Origin: an uncultured Desulfospira sp.
GTDB lineage: Bacteria > Desulfobacterota > Desulfobacteria > Desulfobacterales > Desulfobacteraceae
Direction: 5' to 3'
Length of the DNA stretch: 64,000 nt
Assembly (NCBI GenBank): GCA_963663165.1
Contig: OY760175.1
Span: 5,632,001-5,696,000, forward strand
Both the position numbers and the translations under genes were made by a program. Shown one piece after another: positions 40,201-49,070 of the stretch. The first letter of the stretch is position 1. Each line of letters opens with the position of its first letter. The notes under the pieces were generated by a model. The model was given only the letters and a program-made list of their open reading frames with translations, was not told the DNA's origin and searched no databases.

Positions 40201-41456
40201 GTGCTGCCCGAGGATACGGCGCCCATGAGATCGGCACTGGACTGGGTCACGGTCTGCTCTCCTAAGGTCCCCTCGTCAATCACGGTGATCACATAGGTGG
40301 CGTCTTCCTCTCCGGTTCCGGAAATATTGGAAATTTCAGCCTGGGAAATCCCCATGTCAATGGTTACGGTCTGGTAGGTGTCTTCGGTGCCGGAACTGTC
40401 CGCAATGACCATGGTGAAATCTTTAAAATAGTCAATTTCATCCCCGTAGGCCAGGCTTGAAAAAGTCCCGGTGTCATCCGTGTCATAGGTCCCTTCCATG
40501 GGGCCTGAATAGTAAGTTTGTCCCGCCCCCTGGGAGTGCTGGTAATTCAGTGCCCAGATCAGGTTGGAAGCCAGTTCGTCCAGCTCGGCCTGGATTTCGG
40601 GGATAATGGCGTCCCGGACTTCCAGCCATCCGGCAATGGAACCGCCCTCAATGTCATCGGTGATTTCGGTCCGGTTGCCTGAGTTGCCGACCCAGTAAAT
40701 GTCTCCTCCGGATACGCTCAGGGAATAGGAGATTCCGTCCTCCACCAGGGGCAGGCCCCCGGTGGCGGTGATCAGGTAGGAGCCGTCTTCCTTGACCGTT
40801 ATCTCAATGTCGATGAGTTCCCCTAAGTCGTCTACCAGGGCATTCCTCTGGTCGTTTAAGTCGTTGGCGTTGCCGCCGGTGCTTTCGGTCTGGATAATGG
40901 CCAGGTTCAGGGCCGCAATTTCCGCGGCAATGGCATTGACCTCCACCACGGCCGTGGAAATTTCTTCATTTAAGTCACCAGCCATGCGGTCCAGTTCCTG
41001 GCTTAGGGTGGAAAAACACTCGGCCAGGCTGATGCCGGCTTCATAAACCGCCTCCTGTTCGGTGGTGCCGTCGGGGTTGTTGCCCAAGTCTTCCCAGGCG
41101 GTCCAGTAATTGTCCAGCAGGGTGTTTAAGCTGTCGTCGGTATCTTCGGTAAACAGGTCCTCGATCAGGGTCATGTAAACGGACTCTTCTTCTAAGGCCG
41201 CTTCCGTGGAAAGCTCGGTGGTCAACAGATTTTCAAGGATCTGGTTGACCTCCTGGGTCACCGATGACACGGTGATTCCGGTGCCGTAAGTTACCCCCCC
41301 GGTGGTGACCGTGGCCGTGGTGGCATACTCGATGGTCTGAATGCTGTAATCGTCATTGTCAGCATTGGCAATGTTCTGGCCCGTGACGCTGATGGCCGAC
41401 TGGTAGGTGGAAAGGGCATTGCCGGCGGTATTTAGAATGGCACTTAAGCTGCTCAT
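37260..41456 (-). CDS. flgK: Flagellar hook-associated protein 1, very large (1398 aa)
   Basis: GQNIANA N-terminus, ANDLNDQR, C-terminal VSLDEEMINL...QQAY. Confidence 0.92.
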   Translation of the reverse strand: MSSLSAILNTAGNALSTYQSAISVTGQNIANADNDDYSIQTIEYATTATVTTGGVTYGTGITVSSVTQEVNQILENLLTTELSTEAALEEESVYMTLIEDLFTEDTDDSLNTLLDNYWTAWEDLGNNPDGTTEQEAVYEAGISLAECFSTLSQELDRMAGDLNEEISTAVVEVNAIAAEIAALNLAIIQTESTGGNANDLNDQRNALVDDLGELIDIEITVKEDGSYLITATGGLPLVEDGISYSLSVSGGDIYWVGNSGNRTEITDDIEGGSIAGWLEVRDAIIPEIQAELDELASNLIWALNYQHSQGAGQTYYSGPMEGTYDTDDTGTFSSLAYGDEIDYFKDFTMVIADSSGTEDTYQTVTIDMGISQAEISNISGTGEEDATYVITVIDEGTLGEQTVTQSSADLMGAVSSGSTVSDALDAAIAEQTLTITGSGGTQTLEISDSGSGATRSAADIAEALSRIDGITAYASTTQVTLSLESLYVSGAQEGDTIEFSLYVDGVETTVSFTVDDNSDAGLEESLEAALEAAVEKINETNQNTDLVLDGTTITSTSGATIGVQDFGVTDNCGIYLDNFQNFDEGDTVTLTLSTDASTPDEVTVSVDLSGVDTTDSDAVAQAFYDALEGELGDTPFTVELDETNGQVIIRTTDGTGISLSSASGDTGDDATIEVDALSGSTITTGDTTLAFDNSDTAAFSPVEVTGDYIMFELGGCEGSSSTSSTVAVADSGSTTAAVATGSVTILTDPNMEIFSDDSTAAGLFGDSGITSSGNSLITLGGAGGYTNFSLNDNIEFELDGYTVSYTITNDTSDMAQADQLYAALTAALPSDEYEVIQNGVSVSVVRIAEADDPISITGFTDTITGDAELAVSTGTGTGTDEPENDTLVSGDALHDSTSAVTWSDSATIYYEVFDSDGEATGESGYIEIDGPGLVELTEDGETTLSFEISQGSLVAGNTLTINTDSDGEADPLDVTVKGTANSIDDTYTFTVVSGGTLPDNDEDIVIEWTSGASSGTLTLEGNESDLAAIAVEVDGMTLYFNSGTLVDGDTFTITTDEDGQVVSSLSGESSETVETLSDWHWTLDSFADELNRSAGGITASVSEDNTLVIDSNSDYCAIENVSYSNSDGITEDNTTITVLDYSALTIEVEDLQFVRTEGVWEIENDPTGGIISIIPEGGDDDGFAVDLDGDGIGDIEITFDATVTGDGTIELELASRDDTDFSYAFAGDEEDGDSGVAAALGLNTFFTGSDAGTMGVNELVEDGDYLASGMVDTDTGELSSGDNTNALAMSDTRNTTIEMKEWDYTRGETATATVTTTTLDTYEDTMIASIGLTSSSVQSSLEYSELLVYELTEQRNSVSAVSLDEEMINLTAQQQAYTAAAQLLTTVEEMFDALMATS

Positions 41457-41917
41457 CTCATCTTTCCCTGATTGGCATATTTGGAGGCGGCCCAGAGCTG
41501 GTCCAGCACCCCCTTAAACAGGACCGTGTTTTTCCGGGCTTCCCTGACCAGTTCCCGGTGCCCCTGCTCCAGGGCCTGGGCTAAAGGAATCAGCACGGCT
41601 TCATGTTCCGGGTCAATGCCTGGTATGGCCCGGACCCGGTTGGGCATGGTCTTGGGCACGGTGCTGGGAAGATCGCCGTCCCCCATTTCTTTGAGCTGGC
41701 CGCTGATGGTTCTGACCAGATGTTCCAGCCGGTTCACGCAGTTTTTTTTGCGCAGGGTCAGTTTCTCAAGGGTTTTGCGGTCAACGGCTTTGCCGGCCTC
41801 ATATTCGGCCTTGAGCAGTTTGTTCAGCTCATTGTGAAGGGCCAGGGTCCGGACCATTTTCCGTTCAAGGGCATCAAACTGGTCCACGTCAATATCTTCC
41901 TTAAATAAAGGTATCAT
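41453..41917 (-). CDS. Probable FlgN-like flagellar export chaperone
   Basis: Helical 154-aa ORF overlapping the flgK start; LTLRKK and RKNTVL pattern; assignment mainly positional. Confidence 0.6.
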   Translation of the reverse strand: MIPLFKEDIDVDQFDALERKMVRTLALHNELNKLLKAEYEAGKAVDRKTLEKLTLRKKNCVNRLEHLVRTISGQLKEMGDGDLPSTVPKTMPNRVRAIPGIDPEHEAVLIPLAQALEQGHRELVREARKNTVLFKGVLDQLWAASKYANQGKMR

Positions 41918-41929
41918 GGCTGTTTCCCT

Positions 41930-44665
41930 TTACCGTTTCATGGAGATGGTGGTGTCCATCATTTCATCCACGGTGCTGATGATTTTGGCATTGGCCTCGT
42001 AAGCGTTCTGAAGCTCGATCATGCTGACAAATTCCTCTGAAATATCCACGTTGGACATTTCAAGACTGTAAGAGGACAGGGTGCCAAGGCCGTTTGCCCC
42101 GGCCTGGTTGGTAATGGCCGCGCCGCTTTCCGTACTGGCGGAGTAAAGGTTTCCCCCCTCGCTGACCAGCCCGTTGGGGTTGTTGAAGTCGGCCAGGGCC
42201 ACCATGAACAGTGCAATTTCCTGGCCATTGGAGTAAGAACCGGTCACCACCCCGTCCGAGGAGACCTCAACGCCGGTCAGGTCCCCGGGGGGGTAACCGT
42301 CGGCATCCTGGTAGGTGGTGGAGGAGGAACTGGCATACTGGGTGGTGGACAAAGAATCGTTGACCCAGTTGTTGCCGTCGTACTGGCTGCCGATATTAAA
42401 AGAGATGCTGTTTTCCGTAGACCCGTATGATCCCCCCAGGAAATCCACGGTAAACTGGAGGTATCCGGTTTCTTCGACCTCATCCATGGTGACTTCCCGC
42501 CAGGCCGTGGAGCCTGAGATATCAAAGCGGATCACGCTCCGATCTTCTAATGCATCGGCGTCTGTGCCGGCTTTTAAAGCGTCGCTGAATGTAAAAACAA
42601 TGTCATCGTCATCATCCCCCCCGGACCCGTCCAGATCGATGATGGCCTTGGTTTCATCACCGGTGAGGACCGCATCGCTGTATTCTGACGGCGCCGTGTC
42701 CGGATCAACGGTAAAGGTTAGGGTATCCCCGTTGGCCAGGGTGCCGGTGACCCCGGTGTAGGTCAGGTCATCGCCGTCTTCCCCGTCAAAGTCGATGGAA
42801 AATCCGCTGGCACTGGTGGTGATGGTGGCATTGCCATATTCATCCGGCGGGGTGGGATCGATTTCAAAGGAAATGGTTTCGGTCCCGGCGCTGCCCAAAG
42901 CGGAGTCCAGACTGTACTCGATAATGGCTGCCCCGGCGGTGGTACCGTCGGTATAAAGGGCCACCCGGACCGAGGTGGCATCACTCCCGGAGGTGATAAT
43001 CATGGCATACATGGTGGCCGTGCCGATGGCGGTCCAGGTCGAGGTGGTGCCGTCCCATGTCAGGGTAATGGCGCCCCCGGAATCAATGGCCCCTTCCTCA
43101 CCGGAATCGATGAGATCCATGCGGGCTTCGTTGCTGGAGTCAAGCAGTGTGACGGCCTCATTGGCGATATCATCTTCTGTCAGCTCTTCGTTCCAGTCCC
43201 ATTCCCCGGTGGTGGCGTTGTATCTTAAGTTGAGGCCTTCCACGGTCATTTCCATGGCAGAGGCATCGGTAATGCTCATATACGTGTCCGTATCAGTGCT
43301 GGTGGCGGTGCTGCTGGCGATCACACTGGTGATCAGGGTGCCGTCTTCAGCGGCCTGATCAGGGTTGCTCCACTGCCAGGTCTGGGTATACGGATTCCAG
43401 ATAATGCAGCAGTCTTCGGCATCCACGGTCAGGACACTGGCATCGTTGATGGACATGGTGGTGTTGTTGGCCACATCCCCGGTATAGATAACGTTTTCAA
43501 GATCCTGGACATGGAGATCCGAGGTGTCGTTGATGTCAAAGCTGATGGTGTCCCCGGCCACCGCATACTCATCCAGCTCAATGATCAGATCGGCCTCGGT
43601 TTCCCCGCCGCTGCTGTTCGGATCAAGGACAATCTCAATGGTCTGGGAATCAGAGTAGATAATCTCGGCGTTGGCATAATTATCCGGCAGAGAACTGGTG
43701 TCCAGCACCCACTTGCTGCCGTCAAAGGTCATGGCAATGCCGTATCCGTCCAGTTCCATGGCTTCTGAATCCTCAATGGAGAAGTGGATGTCATCTGTGG
43801 AGTTGTTGCCAACCGCTTCCAGGTTCCCCACCCGGCCGGTGAGTTCTTCCATGGTCATGCTCACGATTTCCCCGGAGCTCTCTGAAAAGGTGATGGTCCC
43901 TCTGGCCAGAAGCCCCTGGGCACTGGTTCCCTCAAGCAGTTCCCGGCTGTCCTCTTCGGCGGTGGTGGCAATGGCGTATTCCCATTCGGTATCCGAAACT
44001 TTGTCATAGTAAATGGTCACCTCATGGGCAGAGCCCAGAGAGTCGTATACCGTGACCACGGTCTGGTACTCATAGGCGTCTGAAGATACTGTTGTGTCTT
44101 CTCCTTCTTCATATTTGTATACGTTGGACAGGACATTGGTGTTTGAGTCTGAATCCGATTCCAGGTTGGTGATCACCGTCATCTCGCTGGTCTCTTCCGG
44201 GGAACTGGTAAACTCGGTGAGGATCAGGTCGGTAATGGCCCCGACGGCATCCCCTTCGTCATCCACATACCAGCCCTGAAGAATATACCCGTCCGAAGTA
44301 CTCAAGGCCCCGCTTTCGTCAAAGGAAAAATTACCGGCCCGGGTATAAAAGGTTTTGTCTGATCCCAGCTCGGATACAATGAAAAACCCGTCACCGCTGA
44401 TGGCAAGGTCTGTGGAGTTGCTGGTGGTTTCAAGGGACCCGTCGCTGAAATTCTGGGACACGTTGCCCACGGACATGCCAAGGCCCACCTGGGCCGCACC
44501 GGCCTGGGTGCCGATGCTTTGGTACAGGGTGTCCGCAAAGGTGGTGTCCCCTTTTTTAAACCCCACAGTGTTTACATTGGAAATGTTGTTACTGGTGACC
44601 TGAAGGGCGCTGCTGGTGTTGGTCAGGCCGCTGGTTCCCGAATAAAGTGAACTGGATAAAGACAT
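41930..44665 (-). CDS. flgE: Flagellar hook protein, enlarged (911 aa)
   Basis: NNISNVNTVGFK, DLAISGDGFF, YTRAGNF, VYDSLG and LEMSNVD motifs. Confidence 0.94.
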   Translation of the reverse strand: MSLSSSLYSGTSGLTNTSSALQVTSNNISNVNTVGFKKGDTTFADTLYQSIGTQAGAAQVGLGMSVGNVSQNFSDGSLETTSNSTDLAISGDGFFIVSELGSDKTFYTRAGNFSFDESGALSTSDGYILQGWYVDDEGDAVGAITDLILTEFTSSPEETSEMTVITNLESDSDSNTNVLSNVYKYEEGEDTTVSSDAYEYQTVVTVYDSLGSAHEVTIYYDKVSDTEWEYAIATTAEEDSRELLEGTSAQGLLARGTITFSESSGEIVSMTMEELTGRVGNLEAVGNNSTDDIHFSIEDSEAMELDGYGIAMTFDGSKWVLDTSSLPDNYANAEIIYSDSQTIEIVLDPNSSGGETEADLIIELDEYAVAGDTISFDINDTSDLHVQDLENVIYTGDVANNTTMSINDASVLTVDAEDCCIIWNPYTQTWQWSNPDQAAEDGTLITSVIASSTATSTDTDTYMSITDASAMEMTVEGLNLRYNATTGEWDWNEELTEDDIANEAVTLLDSSNEARMDLIDSGEEGAIDSGGAITLTWDGTTSTWTAIGTATMYAMIITSGSDATSVRVALYTDGTTAGAAIIEYSLDSALGSAGTETISFEIDPTPPDEYGNATITTSASGFSIDFDGEDGDDLTYTGVTGTLANGDTLTFTVDPDTAPSEYSDAVLTGDETKAIIDLDGSGGDDDDDIVFTFSDALKAGTDADALEDRSVIRFDISGSTAWREVTMDEVEETGYLQFTVDFLGGSYGSTENSISFNIGSQYDGNNWVNDSLSTTQYASSSSTTYQDADGYPPGDLTGVEVSSDGVVTGSYSNGQEIALFMVALADFNNPNGLVSEGGNLYSASTESGAAITNQAGANGLGTLSSYSLEMSNVDISEEFVSMIELQNAYEANAKIISTVDEMMDTTISMKR

Positions 44666-44676
44666 GGAAACTCCTT

Positions 44677-44745
44677 TTTTAGCTTTTAGCTTTTAGCTAT
44701 TAGCCGTTAGCCTTTCAGCTGTCAGCTAACAGCTAATAGCTAAGG
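44677..44745. repeat. Heptamer tandem repeat (NNTTAGC) with inverted arm
   Basis: ttttagcttttagcttttagctattagccgttagc...gctaacagctaatagctaa; related repeat at about 37038-37084. Confidence 0.75.
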
Positions 44746-44746
44746 G

Positions 44747-45871
44747 CTATTTACTGATTGACGTTACATTGGACACGGACACTAAACGGCCATTGTCAAG
44801 TTCAAGGTACTGGGTTCCGCTGACCGACTGGATGGCCACCACTTCGCCGGACGTCGGGGTGGTGGCTGAATCCCCGCTGGCCGTTTCCACGGTGTAGTAG
44901 TACAGCCCATCGTCGGCTGCGTAGCCGGTATCGGCCAGGGCATCCCAATGGACGGAATTGTCACCGGCCGAGGTGTCATCGGCATCCACTTCAATGGTGG
45001 CCACCGCTTCATCATTGGCATCATAAATGGTGATGGTGACCGCTTCGGGAGCGTCCAGATAAAAGGTTAAATCGTCACCGCTGACCGTTGAGTCTTCCAC
45101 CCGGACAATGGGATAATAGGTGGACACCGTGGTTCCCAGGTATTCCAGGACAGAGACGGATGAACTGTCGGAAGATGTTTCAGTGGCGTCGGTGACCGTG
45201 GTGACTGATGAAGGGTCCAGCAGCAGGCCGCCGACCACCAGATATGCTTTGCCGTTCAGGTAGGAGACGGCATCCACGGTGCCGGTAATGGTGGAGGTGA
45301 TTTCTTCATACCCGGACCCGGAATTGGCCATGACCACGTAAGTATAAGTGGCGTCATCCACGGCACCCCCGCTGGAATCGGTGCCGTCCCAGGAAATCAG
45401 ATAAGAGCCGGCATCCACCTGCCCCTCATCCAGGGTGGTGACCAGGCTCCCGTCCTCGTCATACACCAGGACATAGACATCGGCGGCCTCATCCAGGTCA
45501 TAATACCCTGAGGACACGCTGCCGTCCTCAACGGTCATGGTGTCAACGGTGCCCGTAACCTGCATGCCCACAAAAACCGAGGCGTCCACTTCCTCTTCGA
45601 AATCGGTCACGGCTTCCAGGGTTTCATCCATTTTGTCGTTTAAGTTGATCAGCTGTTCCAGCTGGGAAAACTGGGCCAGCTGGTCTGTGAACTGGGAGGT
45701 ATCCGCTGGATCAAGGGGGTTCTGGTTTTCAAGCTGGGCCACCAGGAGGGTTAAAAAATCTTCTGTCCCCAGGTCACTGCTTGAGGTGCTCTCTGTTTCC
45801 GTATCTTCTGAAGAGACATAGCTGGAAACCAGAGACTGCAGTATGGTGCTGTCCACAGATGAGGTTGACAT
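44747..45871 (-). CDS. flgD: Flagellar hook capping protein with duplicated Ig-like domain
   Basis: FLTLLVAQLENQNPLDP...QLAQFSQLEQL; two WD-containing Ig repeats (WDGTD, WDALAD). Confidence 0.92.
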   Translation of the reverse strand: MSTSSVDSTILQSLVSSYVSSEDTETESTSSSDLGTEDFLTLLVAQLENQNPLDPADTSQFTDQLAQFSQLEQLINLNDKMDETLEAVTDFEEEVDASVFVGMQVTGTVDTMTVEDGSVSSGYYDLDEAADVYVLVYDEDGSLVTTLDEGQVDAGSYLISWDGTDSSGGAVDDATYTYVVMANSGSGYEEITSTITGTVDAVSYLNGKAYLVVGGLLLDPSSVTTVTDATETSSDSSSVSVLEYLGTTVSTYYPIVRVEDSTVSGDDLTFYLDAPEAVTITIYDANDEAVATIEVDADDTSAGDNSVHWDALADTGYAADDGLYYYTVETASGDSATTPTSGEVVAIQSVSGTQYLELDNGRLVSVSNVTSISK

Positions 45872-46544
45872 GCTTTCTCCTTTGCGTGTCAGGTTCTTGT
45901 TGTTCGGCTCTGCAGAGCCTTTTTGCTGAACAGATAAATATCAAGAAAAGTACCGGAAAAGACGAACCCCGGGGCCGGCCGGTCCCCGGGGACTTTCTGT
46001 ATCACTTGATTGATTTCGTTTTGTGGGGGGGATCCGGAACCGGTATGTTTGCCGGAATGTTTTGAGAATTAACCCTCTTTGCCTGCCTTGAATAAATAAG
46101 TGTCACAGGATCAATCCTTTGATATTTATTTTTATAAATATTTCTAACTAATTGAGAATAAAGAAGTATTGAATGTTTTTGAGCCGGAAAAAATTGCCTA
46201 TTCATGAAATGGGGGCACCTGCCCGGAAATCAGGGATCAAGAAATATATTTTTAAACAAAAGTCTCACGAGCTTAATTTTTTCAAAACAGCTGCCATTTG
46301 CCGGAAATTCATATCAGGTTAAAAACCAATCAGCTGATACACCTCCTGCCGGTCCTTCCCGGGCCGTTAAAGGGTCACTGATAAACCAACGATACCAGTC
46401 TTAAAAACCGCCCGGCAGAAATTGCCCGGCCCTGGCTCAAGGGAACTTGCCGCTAAGGGCCAGGCCATCCGGGAACGGCAGATATAAAAGCAGAACTTCC
46501 TGAGTTTAAAGGAAGTTTAAAATAAACCTTACGGAGGCAGGACA

Positions 46545-48596
46545 ATGGCAACAGGAACAATCACCTCACTGGGAATCGGGTCAGACCTTGACCTTCAGGG
46601 CATGCTGGACACCCTGCAGGAAGCGGATGAGGCTATTGCCGATCTGACACTGGACGATATAGAAGAGCAGGAAGCCATTGAAGATGAGCTGAACTCCGTA
46701 CTCAACCAGCTGCTATCCATGAAGACCACGGTGCTGGACCTGTCCCTTTCTTCAACTTATCTGACCCGTTCCGTGACGTCATCAGATGAAGATGTGGCAA
46801 CGGTCACGGTTCAGGACGGCACAGACACCGGGTCCCACCGGGTTGAAACCACACGGATTGCCTCCAACAGCTCCTATATCTCAAGCGGATATGCATCTGA
46901 ATCTTCTGTCGTCAATGTCCCCACCACCAAGGAATCCACGGACGGATACGAATCATCGGATATTGTCCTGGCCGAGGGTGAAACCCTGGAAATCAGCTAT
47001 GGGGACGAGGATGACCCCATCACCATTACCATCACCGCCGGCGAGGGCGGGTATACGGCCGAGGCCCTGGCGGAGGCCATCAATAATGCTGCCGAAAATC
47101 AGGATGGCGACGGTGAGGCCCTGGTCGTGGCGGAGACTTACATCGATGAGGAGGACGGTCTTAGCCATATCCGGATTGAGGCGGCCTCAGATGAGGGCGG
47201 CGAAGAAAACCGGGTTTCCGTATCCAGCTATAGCTCAGACTTAAACTTTACAACGCCCACATCAGAACTTTCCCTTACCGTTGGGGACGGCGAGACCTAT
47301 ACCATTTCCGTTCCGGCTGAAACCACGTTAGAGGACCTGGCCGAACGGATCAACGAAGATGAGGACAATCCCGGGGTCACGGCCACGGTGATCTATACTG
47401 GTGTGGGCGACAACCCTTACCAGCTGGTCATTGAGGCCAATGACAGCGGAGAGGATTCCCGGATTTCCATTGTCAGCTCCCCTGAAGGGCTCATCCTGTC
47501 GGAAAAAAGCGGGGAAGGGTATGCCATGACCGCTGAGACGGCCATCTCCTTTGAGACGGCCGTTACCGTGGATGACACCAATAACACCATTGTGTTCTCT
47601 GAAAATGGCGGGGATGAACTGACCGCAACCATCGCCAAAGGGGAGTATGAAACCGCCGAGGAACTGGCCGAAGCGGTTGAGGCGGCCCTGGAAAATGAAT
47701 CCCAGCTCAACGGCGAAGGCGTGGACTACCAGGTGACGATCAATGAAGACACCGGCGTCATGACCATTTCCGAAGCCGGTACCTTAGAGGAAATGACCAT
47801 CTTTTGGGAAGATGAGGACAGCACGGCATCCAGCCTTCTCGGGTTTTCATCCACCCAGACCATCACCCCCTTTGAGTCTTCTCTGAATGCGGAAATCATC
47901 GTAGACGGGGTCACCTATCAGCGCCAGGAAAATGAGACGTTAAGTGATATTATTGACGGGGTGAGCTTAACCCTTTACGGTACGGGAAGCACCACCATTA
48001 CCGTTGAAAATGACACCGACAGCATTGAAGAGGAACTGGCAAGCCTGGTGGAGATGTACAACACCCTTCTCACCGAAATTGAGGAGAACGATGATTATGA
48101 CGAAGACGAGGAAACCTGGGGAACCCTGGCCCGCAGTTCCACTGCCCGGAATTTGAAACAGGACCTCCAGGACCTGTTCAGCACCGTCATTGATACCGGC
48201 GGCAGCATCACCAGCCTTCTGGACATCGGGTTTGAATTTGACGATGACGGCACCCTTTCCCTTGATGAAGACACCTTAAGCGAGGTCCTGGCCGAAAGCT
48301 ATGATGACGTGGTGGACCTGCTCTTAGGGACCGACGACGTCACCGGCATTGCCGACACCCTTAACGATACCATTGGCAGTTATGCCCTGTCCGACGGCTA
48401 TATCCAGACGGAGATTGATGCGGTTGAAGAAAAAATAGACCGCCTGGAAGAAAACTATGAAACCGAAATGGAGCGCATCGAAAAGAAATACGAAATCCTG
48501 GCCGACCAGTACAGCGAGCTGGACACCTATCTGGCCGAGATTGAGTCCATCCAGAGCTATATTGATACCATGATGTCCACGGATTCGGATGATTAA
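46545..48596 (+). CDS. fliD: Flagellar filament cap protein, enlarged and acidic
   Basis: ITSLGIGSDLD N-terminus; VDGVTYQR..N...DIIDGVSLTL; C-terminal coiled coil. Confidence 0.9.
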   Translation: MATGTITSLGIGSDLDLQGMLDTLQEADEAIADLTLDDIEEQEAIEDELNSVLNQLLSMKTTVLDLSLSSTYLTRSVTSSDEDVATVTVQDGTDTGSHRVETTRIASNSSYISSGYASESSVVNVPTTKESTDGYESSDIVLAEGETLEISYGDEDDPITITITAGEGGYTAEALAEAINNAAENQDGDGEALVVAETYIDEEDGLSHIRIEAASDEGGEENRVSVSSYSSDLNFTTPTSELSLTVGDGETYTISVPAETTLEDLAERINEDEDNPGVTATVIYTGVGDNPYQLVIEANDSGEDSRISIVSSPEGLILSEKSGEGYAMTAETAISFETAVTVDDTNNTIVFSENGGDELTATIAKGEYETAEELAEAVEAALENESQLNGEGVDYQVTINEDTGVMTISEAGTLEEMTIFWEDEDSTASSLLGFSSTQTITPFESSLNAEIIVDGVTYQRQENETLSDIIDGVSLTLYGTGSTTITVENDTDSIEEELASLVEMYNTLLTEIEENDDYDEDEETWGTLARSSTARNLKQDLQDLFSTVIDTGGSITSLLDIGFEFDDDGTLSLDEDTLSEVLAESYDDVVDLLLGTDDVTGIADTLNDTIGSYALSDGYIQTEIDAVEEKIDRLEENYETEMERIEKKYEILADQYSELDTYLAEIESIQSYIDTMMSTDSDD

Positions 48597-48598
48597 TT

Positions 48599-48678
48599 TA
48601 GGGGATTAGGCTGAAGGCTGAAGGGGGTTAGGGTTGCGAATCCCTAAGGATGATGCATCCCTTCAGCCTAAACCCCTC
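48599..48678. repeat. Palindromic short-repeat hairpin downstream of fliD (possible terminator)
   Basis: taggctgaaggctgaaggg ... cccttcagcctaaacccct. Confidence 0.55.
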
Positions 48679-49070
48679 AATTCAATTGGAGACTATCCTT
48701 TCCTCTCAAGGCAGGGTGCCCCTTCCGTGGTGTTTCCCTAAAAAATATCCCGTTGACATGTTATGCCATTCATTTTAAATTATCACTATTAACTTGATTT
48801 TGGCCGGTGGCAACCGTTGCTGCTACCCATTGTTCCGGACGGATTGAACGCTGTACCCGGTATTACCTGCTATACCATTGAAAAATATGTTTTGTGTTTT
48901 CCCCCGGAAGGGTTGGCTGTGGCCGTTGGGTGCCGGCGGGGGGATTCGCCGGTATCAAAGGGCGAAGCCTTAACGCTTCAGGCATTGGCTTCCGGGGGGC
49001 ATTTAACCGCCGGCAGCGGTCATATATATTTTTTACTGCCGGGCCGCTGGGCTCCGGCGGGAAACGAAAT

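Noticed and set aside
46360..46490. Sigma-28-like promoter motifs upstream of fliD
   Set aside because: Candidates (TAAA...ACGATAC; GCAGATAT) deviate in spacing or sequence and cannot be chosen by eye.
48894..49070. Possible c-di-GMP riboswitch or N-terminal extension of the hybrid kinase
   Set aside because: No GEMM consensus recognised, and the extension translates to non-protein-like sequence.
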